A DNA stretch of 62,410 nt, the filler included, from Porpidia crustulata (lineage: Eukaryota): assembly GCA_964255105.1 (NCBI GenBank). It is 4 parts of 4 records of this genome, joined end to end, with 100 filler letters (N's around TTAATTAATTAA, not from the genome) between each part and the next. Parts side by side here need not be neighbours in the genome. Positions count along the whole stretch, not along the records: positions 31,276 to 46,798 come from CAXUWE010000302.1; positions 46,899 to 62,410 come from CAXUWE010000303.1; 2 more parts are not named here. The stretch is one strand, 5' to 3'. Position 1 is the stretch's first letter; each line of letters starts with the position of its first letter. Below, one piece after another: positions 38,975-50,290 of this stretch. The translations under genes were made by a program, and so were the position numbers. The notes under the pieces are model-generated. The model saw nothing but the letters and a program-made list of their open reading frames with translations. It made no database searches and was not told the DNA's origin.

Positions 38975-40332
38975 TCAGTCCGTTGCTCCGTTTGTTCTAT
39001 AACCCATGAATACATCGTTGCGCAGAATGGTATTCGTACGGACTGGCTTCCATGAGTGATAATCTGGTTGGCCCGCTAAACCATTCTCATTGCGAGCTTC
39101 AATTCCTGGGGATTGCGGGTAGGATGAAGGCATGAGATAGTAGCACTTTGGGGTCGGATGAGGTTCTGGTATAGGGCACTCAAACTCATGAGATACATGG
39201 TCCACGGCTAGCTCGGCTCTTTTGTACGCAATACTGCGGCGGACTTTCTTGTTAAGTCCTTCCTGATGCCAATACTCCATAGCCTCATATGATTGTTCCG
39301 AGCGTCTTCGCTTGTGTGTCAAGCTTTGAGGAGTCGGGGGATGAGGATCGCCATTTGAGAAGGGACCAATTACTGGAGTCGGAGGATTATTTTTGTATAA
39401 GTCGCCTTCCGTGGGATATTGAGTCCTGAGTGTTGTGGCGAAATGTTCTTCGTGGTCAGAAATTTCTGGTACGATGCCTTCAGCCGCCTCCAGGTCTTGT
39501 GCTGGCCATCCAGACGTCAGACTTCCTGTCGTATTGGCGATTATTTGCTCATTGGTGAGCCCAGCAAGAACCTTGACTTGGTTCCTAGTGCTTCCAGGGT
39601 GCTTCGATTTTATGTGCCAAGATAACATGCCGAATTCGCGCCGCATACGAATCACTCGCATATTCAGGCTATTTTGGGTTGGGCGCGGAGGGTGCATGCG
39701 CATGATTATATCGCACCATCTGATGCGCGGGTCCCATCGTCGCCACTGTTCAAGCATGACAGCTGACTCCTCAGTTCCGATCTATATCCTGAAGATCAGT
39801 CTGTTTCACCAAGAGCATTTGGAAATCTTACAATGCTCGGAAGTATTGCAAAATCGTGCATTTGCCTCGGAGGTTTCCCAGGATCAGGCCAAGATTCTTT
39901 GACGACGTTATTATAACCGTCTCTCATCAATGTTTTCGGGCATCTGGAAAACTCGTGCCATCCATCTGGTGGGCTTAATACAGACATGAGCTATTAAGTG
40001 TAAGTTGCAGCTTGATAGAAGGGTGGTTGGACCAGATTACCTCCGTGAGATTGCTTTCACTCCAGTCCGCCTGACTACTCCATTGTCAACACCTAGCCTT
40101 TGTGATCACCGAGGATGACTTGACGATCTTACCCAGGGTGGAAAGATATCACGTCTGACGGGCAATGTCCGACATTTCGCGCCACAACTGCCAATGTATC
40201 ACTGAGTGAGCTGCGCAGCGCCTGAGTTCATCTACTCATACCATATTGGGTTGGATCACCATGGCACCATGACTTTCTTGCCATCGCCACATAGCGTGTG
40301 CGTCGATCCCATGGAATCTTAAATCTCTTCAT
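38975..40332 (-). CDS. Uncharacterised protein, paralog B (381 aa, five exons), homologous to 32500-34998
   Basis: Exons 40332-40242, 40187-40133, 40074-40041, 39990-39832 and 39781-38975 give MKRFKIPWDR...FHPGQADWSESNLTELMSVLSPPDGWHEF...DFAILPSIIGT...EQWRRWDPRIRWCDIIMRM...QNSLNMRVIRMRREFGMLSWH. Intron phases are the same as in paralog A. Confidence 0.85.
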
Positions 40333-41677
40333 TTTTTACAATATTGAATAGGAACAAATCGCAACGACCAGTGCTTGCGAGATAATCTGCTACCGAGACA
40401 CCCGCGAGCAATCTGAGTCTGAATGCCTTGTGAATTGGTGCAGATCAGGAAGCTAACAGGCCTGGATCCAAATAGAAGAATGGGAATCTCCAAATCAGTC
40501 GCTAAGATTTGACGCGACCAGTACGACTAGCTCTGGAACAAGGGATCTGAATGTTGGTTTGCAACAAAAAGGTTTTCTTGTTGGATCTACATGATCGAAA
40601 GCAGTAGCTTGACACGATGACAGGAGTCCAAGATGAGCATGAAGGTCCGTGAAAATGCTGAGTTGCGAACTATCTCGGCTTATGCGTTTGAACTGCTCGA
40701 CACATTTATACCACGCTTAACCGAAACGGGAGTTGACGATATCACTTTTTTTTCTCTGGGGGCACGGAGTTCAGGCCCTACTATCCGCCGAGATTGCGTC
40801 GTCCAAGAGCTAGATGGAAAGTTAGGGAGATTTTGGGTTGGCTTAAAGTGTGTAGTGATATCTAATTGCGAATACTTATTGGCGCTGGTCGCGGTAATAG
40901 GGCAATAACGGGATTCAAAGATTGTGCTTGAGAATATCTTTGTTCTCGGCAAATTTCGGTGTCGATTCAGTGTCTAAGCCCTTAGTATCACTACTAACGA
41001 AGCCAGTATTAGTCGTGATAAATCCCCAAAGAGGCTCTTATTTTACTGTCTAAATAGCTATCTGCAGCCTCCCTACGGCATCGGAACAAAGTCTTCTGGC
41101 AGCCTGCTTATTATACCTTTGTTGAATGCATCAACAAGCAAGAGCTCCCAGTGTTGGCCGCTCCACGATAGCTAGCAGTTCCAGAAGACTCTAGAGATAT
41201 CAAACATCGACTAGACCAACGAAGTCTCGCTCTTTGTTGCAAAGAGCCCCTTTACAGCTTCTGAAAGCCACATTCGGGAGGGGATCTTTTATTACTGGAA
41301 ATATCCCTAGTCAAGAAGACTTTTAGAGAAGTTATGTAAATTGCAAATGGAAGGAGCTGTATCCATTTGAATCCACACGACCAAGTATGGAAGCAAAGAC
41401 CCACATACAGCAAAGAAGAAGGCTATATCTTTGCAAAACAAACTCGTATGTCAGCAGTCTACCAGAAGCCCTGTAGGGAGTCCAAAACATTAACATCATT
41501 GGACTCAAAGCCAAGCTCCCAGAAACTAAGAATCCAGCTTTTTAAAAAGCAGCAACGGGCCAACTCCCATCCAACCCATACCTCCCTTAAACGAAGATTG
41601 CAACTCAGAACGCCGCTTCCTATATGTTCGTCGTATTCTTTATCAATCTAAGAAACCACCACCACGACCTCTTACGA

Positions 41678-41719
41678 AAGATCTCCCACCCAAGATCTTC
41701 CACCCAAGATCTCCCACAC
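41678..41719 (+). repeat. 14-bp minisatellite, three copies (AAGATCTYCCACMC)
   Basis: aagatctcccaccc / aagatcttccaccc / aagatctcccacac. Confidence 0.85.
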
Positions 41720-42938
41720 CCCATCAGGGCCCCAGATAACCTTCATAGTCAACAATAATCACGGCAATTCAAGCATCCCTTGCACGAATACACTAATTCT
41801 TCAATCCTTCGTCTCCAAAGCCGCAAAAGCGCGGTTTGAGATCCAGCCATTCAGCCATTAGCAAAGAAAAAAAAACTTCATAATTTACCAAGAAATACGT
41901 CGATAATAGTGAGACAGTACAGTACTACGCCCAAGTTACATCGACACACTCAAGTATCGCTTCCTCGGAACTCCATAATAATTTCAACTGCACTGCATCG
42001 AAAGCGGTTTATGATATAAATAGTGCGAAGGCGATAGATCAGTCTAAAATTGAGATTGTGAAATAGATCTTTATAAAGCAAAGAACAAAGCAATGAGAGA
42101 ATGCCCATAGTATTGGATGTACACTCATTGGTGCATCAATATGATCAATGGTCCTTAGAATTGAGTTCTGTCCACCGTAAAATGATGCCTTCATCTTCAA
42201 ACGCTATTTTGATGTCTACTAAAAATACGGTTGGTCGAAGCAAAGGGATCGATCGCATGTACAAATTGAAAATATATAGATAGCTTTCCATTTCATTGTT
42301 GGTTGCGGGAGAGATGAGCATGCTAGAACCGGTATATCCTGCTTACTTAAGACTTCAAACCGGTCATTCACATCTTGAAATAGCTCACGAGTCTTGGAGA
42401 ACTACCAAAATCATTCCCTCGAAGACCTGCTTAATTTTCATGCGATAAGATTCACATGGTGAGACAAATATTAGATGAGATTATAGGATATAATTGAGGT
42501 GCATCTCAAAAATCTACTGGAGAGTTGCTCTGCCAAGGCTTGGGTACCTACAGTGGAGTAAGATGACTCATTTTCTGCAGTAGCATCTTTTGGATGTCAT
42601 TGAAGGCGTTCGCGGCATAAATGTGTATGGTTATTCCGCGTGGAATAATTTGAAAGAGGGTTCAAGCCCTGATTAACCATTGTATACAGTGCCAGCCCAA
42701 AGTCATTGGACATCTAAAGTGGTGCAACTTGCTGGATATTGTTCAATGACTTTTACCCGCTCAATTATCCCCCGTGAGGAAGTGACGTCACCCAAAATAC
42801 TTTGATCCGCAAGACGTTCCAAACCCTATTCACTTTCTGGTTCTACGTTGCGAATATTGAAAATGATTTTTGGCTTCAGCAATTATCATATTGATGAAAA
42901 AGTTCAATGATCACAGAATCCAATAGAGTATCCCCACC

Positions 42939-44242
42939 ATGTCTTCACACGTTATGCCATCCACAACACGAGCTTGGGTCACATTACTTACCCGTTCTTC
43001 CTACCTACCAGGGGTCATGACCCTGGCCCATACCCTTCTCAAGCACAATACTCGATATCCTTTGATTGTCCTGGTCACACCGTCGCTGCTCAAGTCTTCT
43101 ATTCGTGCACTTGAACTCGAGTTGGACAATAATTATTTCCTAAAAATTCACCACATCGTACCACTCCTTCCTCCTGCCAATCAAAAAACTACTCTCATCG
43201 CGGCTCGCTTTGAAGATACATGGACGAAGCTCAGAGCTTTTGAGCTGACCTCTTATGAGACATGCGTCTTTCTCGATGCCGATATCACTGTTTACCGCAA
43301 CATGGACGAAGTCTTTGATATCGAATTACCCGGAAATGATTGGATAGCAGCCAATCATGCGTGCGTCTGCAACCTGGACCATGACTCTTGGGCGCCTGGC
43401 AATTGGAAACGCGAAAACTGCGCGTGGACACCTCTGCAGCACCCTTCATCACTCACTTCGGCAACACCTGTTCCTTCGTCCGTGGGTCCGCCAGATACGC
43501 TTGCCTTGTTGAATGGTGGGCTCTTTCTCTATCATCCAACTCCATTATTATGGGATACTCTGCACAATCATTTCTTGGAATCAACGGAACTCTCCGACTA
43601 TCAATTTCCAGACCAAGACTTTCTTGCGTCTTTCTTTCGTTCCATGTGGCTTCCGTTGCCCTGGAAATATAATGCTCTTAAAACAATGAGATCATGGCAT
43701 CCAAATATATGGCGGGATGATGAGGTGATGGGTTTACATTATATTGTCGACAAGCCTTGGGAAAGGAGAGTAGCGAGTGATGGAATTGGCGGTCACTTGG
43801 GGAGGGATGGAGAAACGCATACTTGGTGGTGGAAGGAGTGGGATGATTGGAGGAAGGGGAGGAAGGGAGAGATTCTGAAGATTTTGGATGGTTTAGTGGC
43901 AAAGCCGTTGGATGAAGAGAGAGATCGAAGCCAATGTAAGGAGAATATCGAACAAGGGCTTCCGGTACCTATTCCTGGAGCTACGCAAGATAACAAAACC
44001 AACGGAGGAAGAATTGGAGACGAAAAGGAGATCAATTGGCAGACAAGTAGCAACCAACAGGCCAGCGAATCAGATCTCAAATTCCCTGTATTACGGGCAC
44101 CGAGACCTGGTGAGCGAGGCATGTTAATTCCTGTCGATTGAAGTATTATCCCAGGAACTAATTGAATTTCAAAATAGGTCATGGGCCTGTCGTCCAAGAT
44201 GATACTTTAATTGTTCCTTCCATCCAAAGCCATCTTCGTTGA
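42939..44242 (+). CDS. Glycosyltransferase family 8 protein (glycogenin/galactinol-synthase-like)
   Basis: AWVTLLT, YLPGVMTL, TWTKLRAFEL, DxD motif FLDAD, NGGLFLYHP, FPDQDFL, KYNALK and HYIVDKPW. The unspliced ORF ends at 44141; a probable GC-AG intron (44119-44177) extends it to TGA at 44240-44242. Confidence 0.9.
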
Positions 44243-44846
44243 CGAAAGATCTATCCCATTACTTATACACTCATGGACGTTGTCCAAGAATTATACCAAA
44301 TCTAAACATCACGTACGAGCCGAGGCATTCCGTTATCGATAATGGCGGAGGGCTTGCATAATATCAGCCGTTGCATGGAAAGTCGACGGCAGGCACTTCG
44401 GGAAGGGTACGCTTGGGGCTTAGCCCTTACTAAAGATCACCAACGGGACAACGTCGTAATGCGGGGAAGACCTTTTGTGTCCTGCAGGTGATTTGTTAGC
44501 GCACGCCCGCCAACGTGAATGACGATGTGCACAGCGAGTAGGACGGAAGTTTCGTGATGCAGCCAATGTAGACCGATGTTGGGTCTTTGCTCGCCGAAGA
44601 TTCCCTCAACAAAGTAACCAGAAGCATCGTCTGATCTGCACCTGCAATGCAACTTTGAACTTTAGGCATAATTTATGGCCGAGGTGAAATATCATATATA
44701 CATATATATATATTCTCTAACGCTGGTCACTACCATTGCTAGGTTTTAATTTTCCGTTCGAGCAATTGTTTTTCTCTTCTATTCGACAATCGCCTGTTTG
44801 ATTGTAGATTTTTCCATAGACCTACATATATGAAGAGTACTTTATC

Positions 44847-46798
44847 ATGGCACCTCCAAAATTCATGGGCCTAACAGGCAGGCCACTTTCGTTGGCAGTT
44901 TCCACTGTAGCTACGACTGGTATTACCTCAAGTTTGGCTTTTCTGCATTGGCCTAATCTCGGTATAGGGTTTGTTCTCTTCGGATATGACCAGGGCGTCA
45001 TGTCTGGAATTATTACGGCGCCTGCCTTCAATAACCTTTTCACGGCGACAAAGGGAAACTCTACTATGCAAGGTTTTGTCACCGCAATATACGAGATCGG
45101 TACGGCGACTTCAGATAATACAGGGTTTACGCTGGGGTTGGTCTTGACCATGCTGACAGCTACCCCCCAGGATGCCTGTTCGGTGCCATACTGATCCTGT
45201 CATTCGGAGACTTCCTCGGACGTCGACGCTCTATGATGATGGGTGGTGCAACCATGATCCTTGGCGTTATTATACAAGTTACCGCCCAGGCCAAATCGAA
45301 CCCTCTCGCTCAATTCATCATTGGCCGTGTGATTACTGGAGTTGGCAATGGAATCAACACCTCTACTATACCTACGTATCAAGCGGAATGTTCTAGGACG
45401 TCGAATCGAGGGCTTTTAATTTGCATTGAAGGCGGAGTCATTGCTTTCGGGACGTTGGTGGCTTATGTATGTCCAGAGCCCTGCTTGATGATCCGTGAAA
45501 AAACACTAACCACCTGGGCGTAGTGGATTGATTATGGATGTAGCTAGTAAGCTGGTATATTGGTAGGACGAGCATTATTATCTCCTAACGCAGCGCAGTG
45601 GCTCCCCGGATCTCACATGGCGGTTCCCGATCGCATTCCAAATCATCTTTGCTCTTATCGTTTGTGTCGGCATGATTTGGCTGCCAGAATCTCCTCGATG
45701 GCTGCTCACAAGAGATAGATTTGAAGAGGGCGAGATAGTTATTGCTGCGCTACGAGGTCTCGAGATCGATGACATGGAGACTCAATTACAAAAGACAATC
45801 ATCCTTGATAGTATCCGCGCCTCAGGGTACGCCGGCAGGAAAGGCACACCGTTCAAAGCTTTATTCACCGGGGGCAAAACCCAGCATTTTCGTCGGATGA
45901 TGCTGGGAGTCAGTTCCCAATTTATGCAACAGGTTGGGGGCTGCAATGCCGTGAGTTTCTATCTGCCCTATCAGTTCCAACCAAAGATCGCGAAAATCTT
46001 TAATTGACCATTTCCTTACCAGGTAATCTACTACTTCCCGATCCTCTTCGAACGGAGCATCAAACAGTCTCACAACATCTCACTACTGCTCGGTGGTGTA
46101 AATATGATCGTCTACTCCATCTTTGCGACCTTCAGTTGGTTCTTCATTGAACGTGTTGGGAGACGTAAGCTTTTCCTTTGGGGAACCGTCGGGCAGGGAC
46201 TTAGCATGGTATTGGTGTTTTCTTGCTTAATTCCAGGGACTCCCACTGCTGCTAAAGGAGCCGCTGTTGGACTGTTCACATACATTGCTAGTTTTGGAGC
46301 GTCATGGTTACCTTTGCCTTGGGTATGATTCCAACTACTTCCAATCAACCTGGACTGATCGCTGTTCCAGCTCTATCCTGCCGAAATCAACCCCATCAAA
46401 ATCCGCGCAAAAGCAAACGCCATGTCTACCTGCTCAAATTGGCTCTTCAACTTTCGTCCGTCCCCTTTTCCTCAGCTTTCCCCATACCACACTAACCAAA
46501 CCCAGTCATCGTCATGATCACCCCCATCATGATCACCAACATCGGCTGGGGCACCTACCTCTTCTTCGCCATCGTCAACGCCTGCTTCATCCCGCTCATC
46601 TACTTCACCTACCCCGAGACCGCCAAGCGCAGCCTCGAGGAAATCGACATCATCTTCGCCAAAGGCTATTGCGAAAACATCAGCTACGTGCGCGCTGCGA
46701 GGGAGTTGGAATTCTTGAATGATGAGGAGATTGATCGGAAAGCGAAGGAGTATGGGCTTGTGGAGGCGATGGAGAAGGAAGAGGAGGAGGTATTGGGG
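44847..46798 (+). CDS. MFS sugar porter (STL1-like sugar/polyol transporter), last codons lost at the contig edge
   Basis: LFGYDQGVMSG, GRVITGVGNG, PTYQAECS, WRFPIAFQ, PESPRWL, QFMQQVGGCNAVIYY, ERVGRRKL, PWLYPAEINP and YPETAKRSLEEID; multiple introns including a 23-nt micro-exon at about 45523-45545. Confidence 0.93.
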
Positions 46799-46898
46799 NN
46801 NNNNNNNNNNNNNNNNNNNNNNNNNNNNNNNNNNNNNNNNNNTTAATTAATTAANNNNNNNNNNNNNNNNNNNNNNNNNNNNNNNNNNNNNNNNNNNN
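46799..46898. other. Artificial contig spacer (N44-TTAATTAATTAA-N44)
   Basis: Identical 100-nt spacer. Confidence 0.99.
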
Positions 46899-47453
46899 GG
46901 GTGGTCGGTTTTTTTTTGGGGGGGGGGGGTGGGGGTTTTTGGTTCATGGTGACTGGCGATCTGTGTTGCGATGGAAGGGACTTGATTGTGGGCGTGAGGG
47001 TCTGGTTGTATTGTAGTAGAGGCTTGAGGATTTGTGTGTGTACTTGCGGTGAGTGGAGTGTGGCATGTTTGTAATGGGTGTTCGTTGTAAAGGGTTGCTT
47101 TTGATACTGGTAACTTTACTACGCCGTGTGTTCTGCTGTGTTTATGTCTAGTATTGAATATTGTTTGAGGTTGTCCGTACAAAGGATTATCTATCTACTC
47201 ATCGTTTATTGGAGGACGTGTTTATTCTACGAATGCTGTACATGCTAAAAACACAAATGTATAAGAGTGTGTTCCCATCTCTATCCAAGCCCTGTCCCAT
47301 ACCATGCCCGTAATTACTCTTGACAAAATTCCCCTGTGGCCACTGCTCATCGATTACTCTGTTTGCTACAATAAGTTGGATCGTTGATGTTGGGAGGCTC
47401 GGGCCTCCCATAAATGATATGTTGAAAACATCGTTGGCGAGGTTCGGCAATCA

Positions 47454-49445
47454 TCAGAAGAACCCGTTTTCGGATTCCAGAAGGCTTCTACTTGCTACAA
47501 AGCTGAAACCTCCAAACTGGTCTGTCTCACTGTCCACACCCCAGTCCCGCTTTGGACGATCGATAACGGGACTGACGGCTAAATCGGTGAAATCGGTGGA
47601 GAAATTCTCGGCCAATTCAGGATCGGTAATCAACGGTGTGATTGGAGGCTCCAGTTCACGCATTTCCAATGCCTTCCAATCGATCTTTCTGAAGAATCGA
47701 TGCTTTTTAATGACGTGCAGATCTTTGGGCATATTACCACCCAACCTTTTCTTTGGCTCCTTGCGAAGTAGGCGAGTCAGTAGATCTTTTGCATCCGTGC
47801 TTAGAAAATAAGGTAGAACAAGCTTCGATTTCAGAATTTTCTCTCTGATCTTCATATCGTTATTGGCCTGAAACGGCGATGACCCTGTAAGCAGGTCAAA
47901 ACCAAGAACGCCAAAAGACCACCAATCAACAGCGGTTCCATAATCTTGCTGGAGAAGCACTTCCGGCGCCATATACTCGAGTGTACCTGTCATGGATCTG
48001 CAGCGGTGTTGACCGTCGATGGCCACTTTACTGAGGCCAAAGTCTGTCAGGAGAAGATGGCCTTCCGAGTCAAGGAGGCAGTTCTCTGGTTTGAGATCGC
48101 GGTATACAACCCCGACGGTGTGGTGAAGATGGTCGAGGGCAAGGACCATCTCGGCCATATAGAATGCTGCAGTGTCTTCGGGGAACATTCGCTCGGTTAA
48201 CATGCGGGTGAAAAGCTCCCCGCCTTGGGCGTATTCGAGGATGAGATAAAGCTTCTCATGATCTTGAAATGCGTAAAAGAGCTTGACCACGAACGGATGA
48301 CGATTGATGCTTTCGAGAATGACCCTCTCGGTTTTGGTCTGCTCCACAAGCTGTTTGCGTACCGTTAGCGAAGCTTTTCGGAATTGCTTCTGCGCATAAA
48401 GCTTCCCGGTACTCATTTGCTTTACCAAAAGCACGGTACCATATGTTCCCTTTCCGAGACAGCGCAAGGGCTCGAAATCAGTTGCTGCCATCTTTCGTAC
48501 AATGCTATCTATAATAGCAGTTTCTCCCAGTATACCTACGGCTTTCTCAGCAACATCGGGACTTATGAAGTCATGTTCTAGCGATACTTCGTAGCTGGTC
48601 ATCGCGGATGATTCCTCGTCGCTGACAACTTCAGACATTACACTTTCACTGCTTGGGGTTGGTGATCTGCTGGACGGGTCCGAGGGTGGAAGTCGGGGTC
48701 TTTCACAAGTTTTGACGGGTTTAGTTGACGATCCTAGCTTGCTCCTCTTTTTAACCGTTGAAGGATTCGGATAGCCCGGGCTGAATTCCAATGCTTCGAG
48801 CTGCTGAGTCAAAGTGCTAACGCCAAAACAAGGTGTGGAAGGTCGGAGGCCCGGACTACTAGTAATACTAGTTGATCTTTGTGCACTCAGATCTCGTTTT
48901 CTGAATATGCTGGTAGAGGAGAAATCGGAGTCTTCGTCTCCGGAAGTTCCAGGCGTCGAACCCCTAACCATGCTTAAAACTGCCACGGCGCCCTTCTTGT
49001 GTGCTCTTTTCTTTTTCCGTCCAGCTCTACCGGTCATATCGGATTGTCTTGGAGTTGCGTCAGGCAATGCGATATCGATCCCAGAGTGCAATTCTGCCTT
49101 ACTCCTGCTCCTACCCGCTCTTGGCGTCATAATTATATCAATAGGCGGAGTTCCATTCGCTATCATGCCAGAGTCAAAAGCAATACCGAGGGAAATGGAA
49201 TTTGCACCGGTATCTTGGGCAGATTCGTCGGACATGAGCGTTGGCTCGTTGTTCACCGTTTGGTGTGTAGAATGTTCACACTCAATGCCCTCCATGTGTT
49301 TTGGAAGCCGCAATTCCTCTTCTCTAATAACATTTCTTCGTGTAGTAGTCCCAGAAACCGAATCAGAACCATCCACGCAGGGGACTGACCGTTCAGCTGA
49401 GGGCAGGAAATGACCATCCTTAGAATCGAACGGAAACATTGCCAT
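47454..49445 (-). CDS. psk1: AGC Ser/Thr protein kinase, Psk1/Ypk3 (ribosomal S6 kinase-like)
   Basis: GKGTYGTV, LYAQKQFRKASL, YRDLKPEN, DFG, GTLEYMAPE, AGC tail PELAENFSTDFT and hydrophobic motif FGGFSFV. First ATG at 49445. Confidence 0.88.
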   Translation of the reverse strand: MAMFPFDSKDGHFLPSAERSVPCVDGSDSVSGTTTRRNVIREEELRLPKHMEGIECEHSTHQTVNNEPTLMSDESAQDTGANSISLGIAFDSGMIANGTPPIDIIMTPRAGRSRSKAELHSGIDIALPDATPRQSDMTGRAGRKKKRAHKKGAVAVLSMVRGSTPGTSGDEDSDFSSTSIFRKRDLSAQRSTSITSSPGLRPSTPCFGVSTLTQQLEALEFSPGYPNPSTVKKRSKLGSSTKPVKTCERPRLPPSDPSSRSPTPSSESVMSEVVSDEESSAMTSYEVSLEHDFISPDVAEKAVGILGETAIIDSIVRKMAATDFEPLRCLGKGTYGTVLLVKQMSTGKLYAQKQFRKASLTVRKQLVEQTKTERVILESINRHPFVVKLFYAFQDHEKLYLILEYAQGGELFTRMLTERMFPEDTAAFYMAEMVLALDHLHHTVGVVYRDLKPENCLLDSEGHLLLTDFGLSKVAIDGQHRCRSMTGTLEYMAPEVLLQQDYGTAVDWWSFGVLGFDLLTGSSPFQANNDMKIREKILKSKLVLPYFLSTDAKDLLTRLLRKEPKKRLGGNMPKDLHVIKKHRFFRKIDWKALEMRELEPPITPLITDPELAENFSTDFTDLAVSPVIDRPKRDWGVDSETDQFGGFSFVASRSLLESENGFF

Positions 49446-50290
49446 GGCGACACGATTTAGCAACGTGGACCCAGGTACATATGCACATCAGGGGGGTTTG
49501 GGGAATGCGATGTAGTAATGAGAATTCAATCTATCAGTCTATTAGTATGGCTTGTCATCTTCTAATGGAGATATTACCAACTTGTGATTTCAATAGGATC
49601 GGCGCGATCAGGATATTACCGTCCGTCCATTCAGGACGGACCTTCCGCCAGTAGCCACTGAGCCGAGACGACCGATAGTCTCAAAGGAATTCTTAACGTT
49701 TGGATGGATCCAGTCCGCCCGATTTTACTGTGCGACGAGGAAGAGAAATTTGTGATAAGAGGGAGAGCTGAGTTGTCGTATTGCCCCATAGATAATGTTT
49801 AAGGGCTATGGACAAAATATATAGTACCTTGATAATGGATGATTCAAGCACTTTAGTGAATAGGACCAAAGTTTGGTTTCTTGCTGTAGTACGATAGTCG
49901 GACCATGGATCACCAGATGATTTAGCAAATTCGTATGATAGGGCTAGCCCTACTATGAGCTTAAAATAGCTTCTGCATGCAGAAACCTCTACGAGCAATA
50001 CACAATACCCTTATACCTCACAAGTACGTCGGAGATTTCTGTATTCACTTCCTTAACCTCTTCGAGCTTCTTTGTAGCTAGGACAATCTTACTGCTGGAC
50101 CGTGATACTCGACCATTGCTAGGAAATGCAAACAATTTTGCCAATCCTCGGTATGATACTTAATCAGCATCAGAAGGCTCTTTCGAGTTTGTATGAATGA
50201 TGACCTCAAACATACGGGAAGTGAGGCCTGGCATGATTAGATTGAGAATCTTTCAAGTCAATTCACTCAACATTGTTATCTATCGCATTA

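Noticed and set aside
41678..41719. Short direct repeats considered as a CRISPR-like array
   Set aside because: Adjacent 14-bp tandem units without spacers, in a eukaryotic genome; an ordinary minisatellite.
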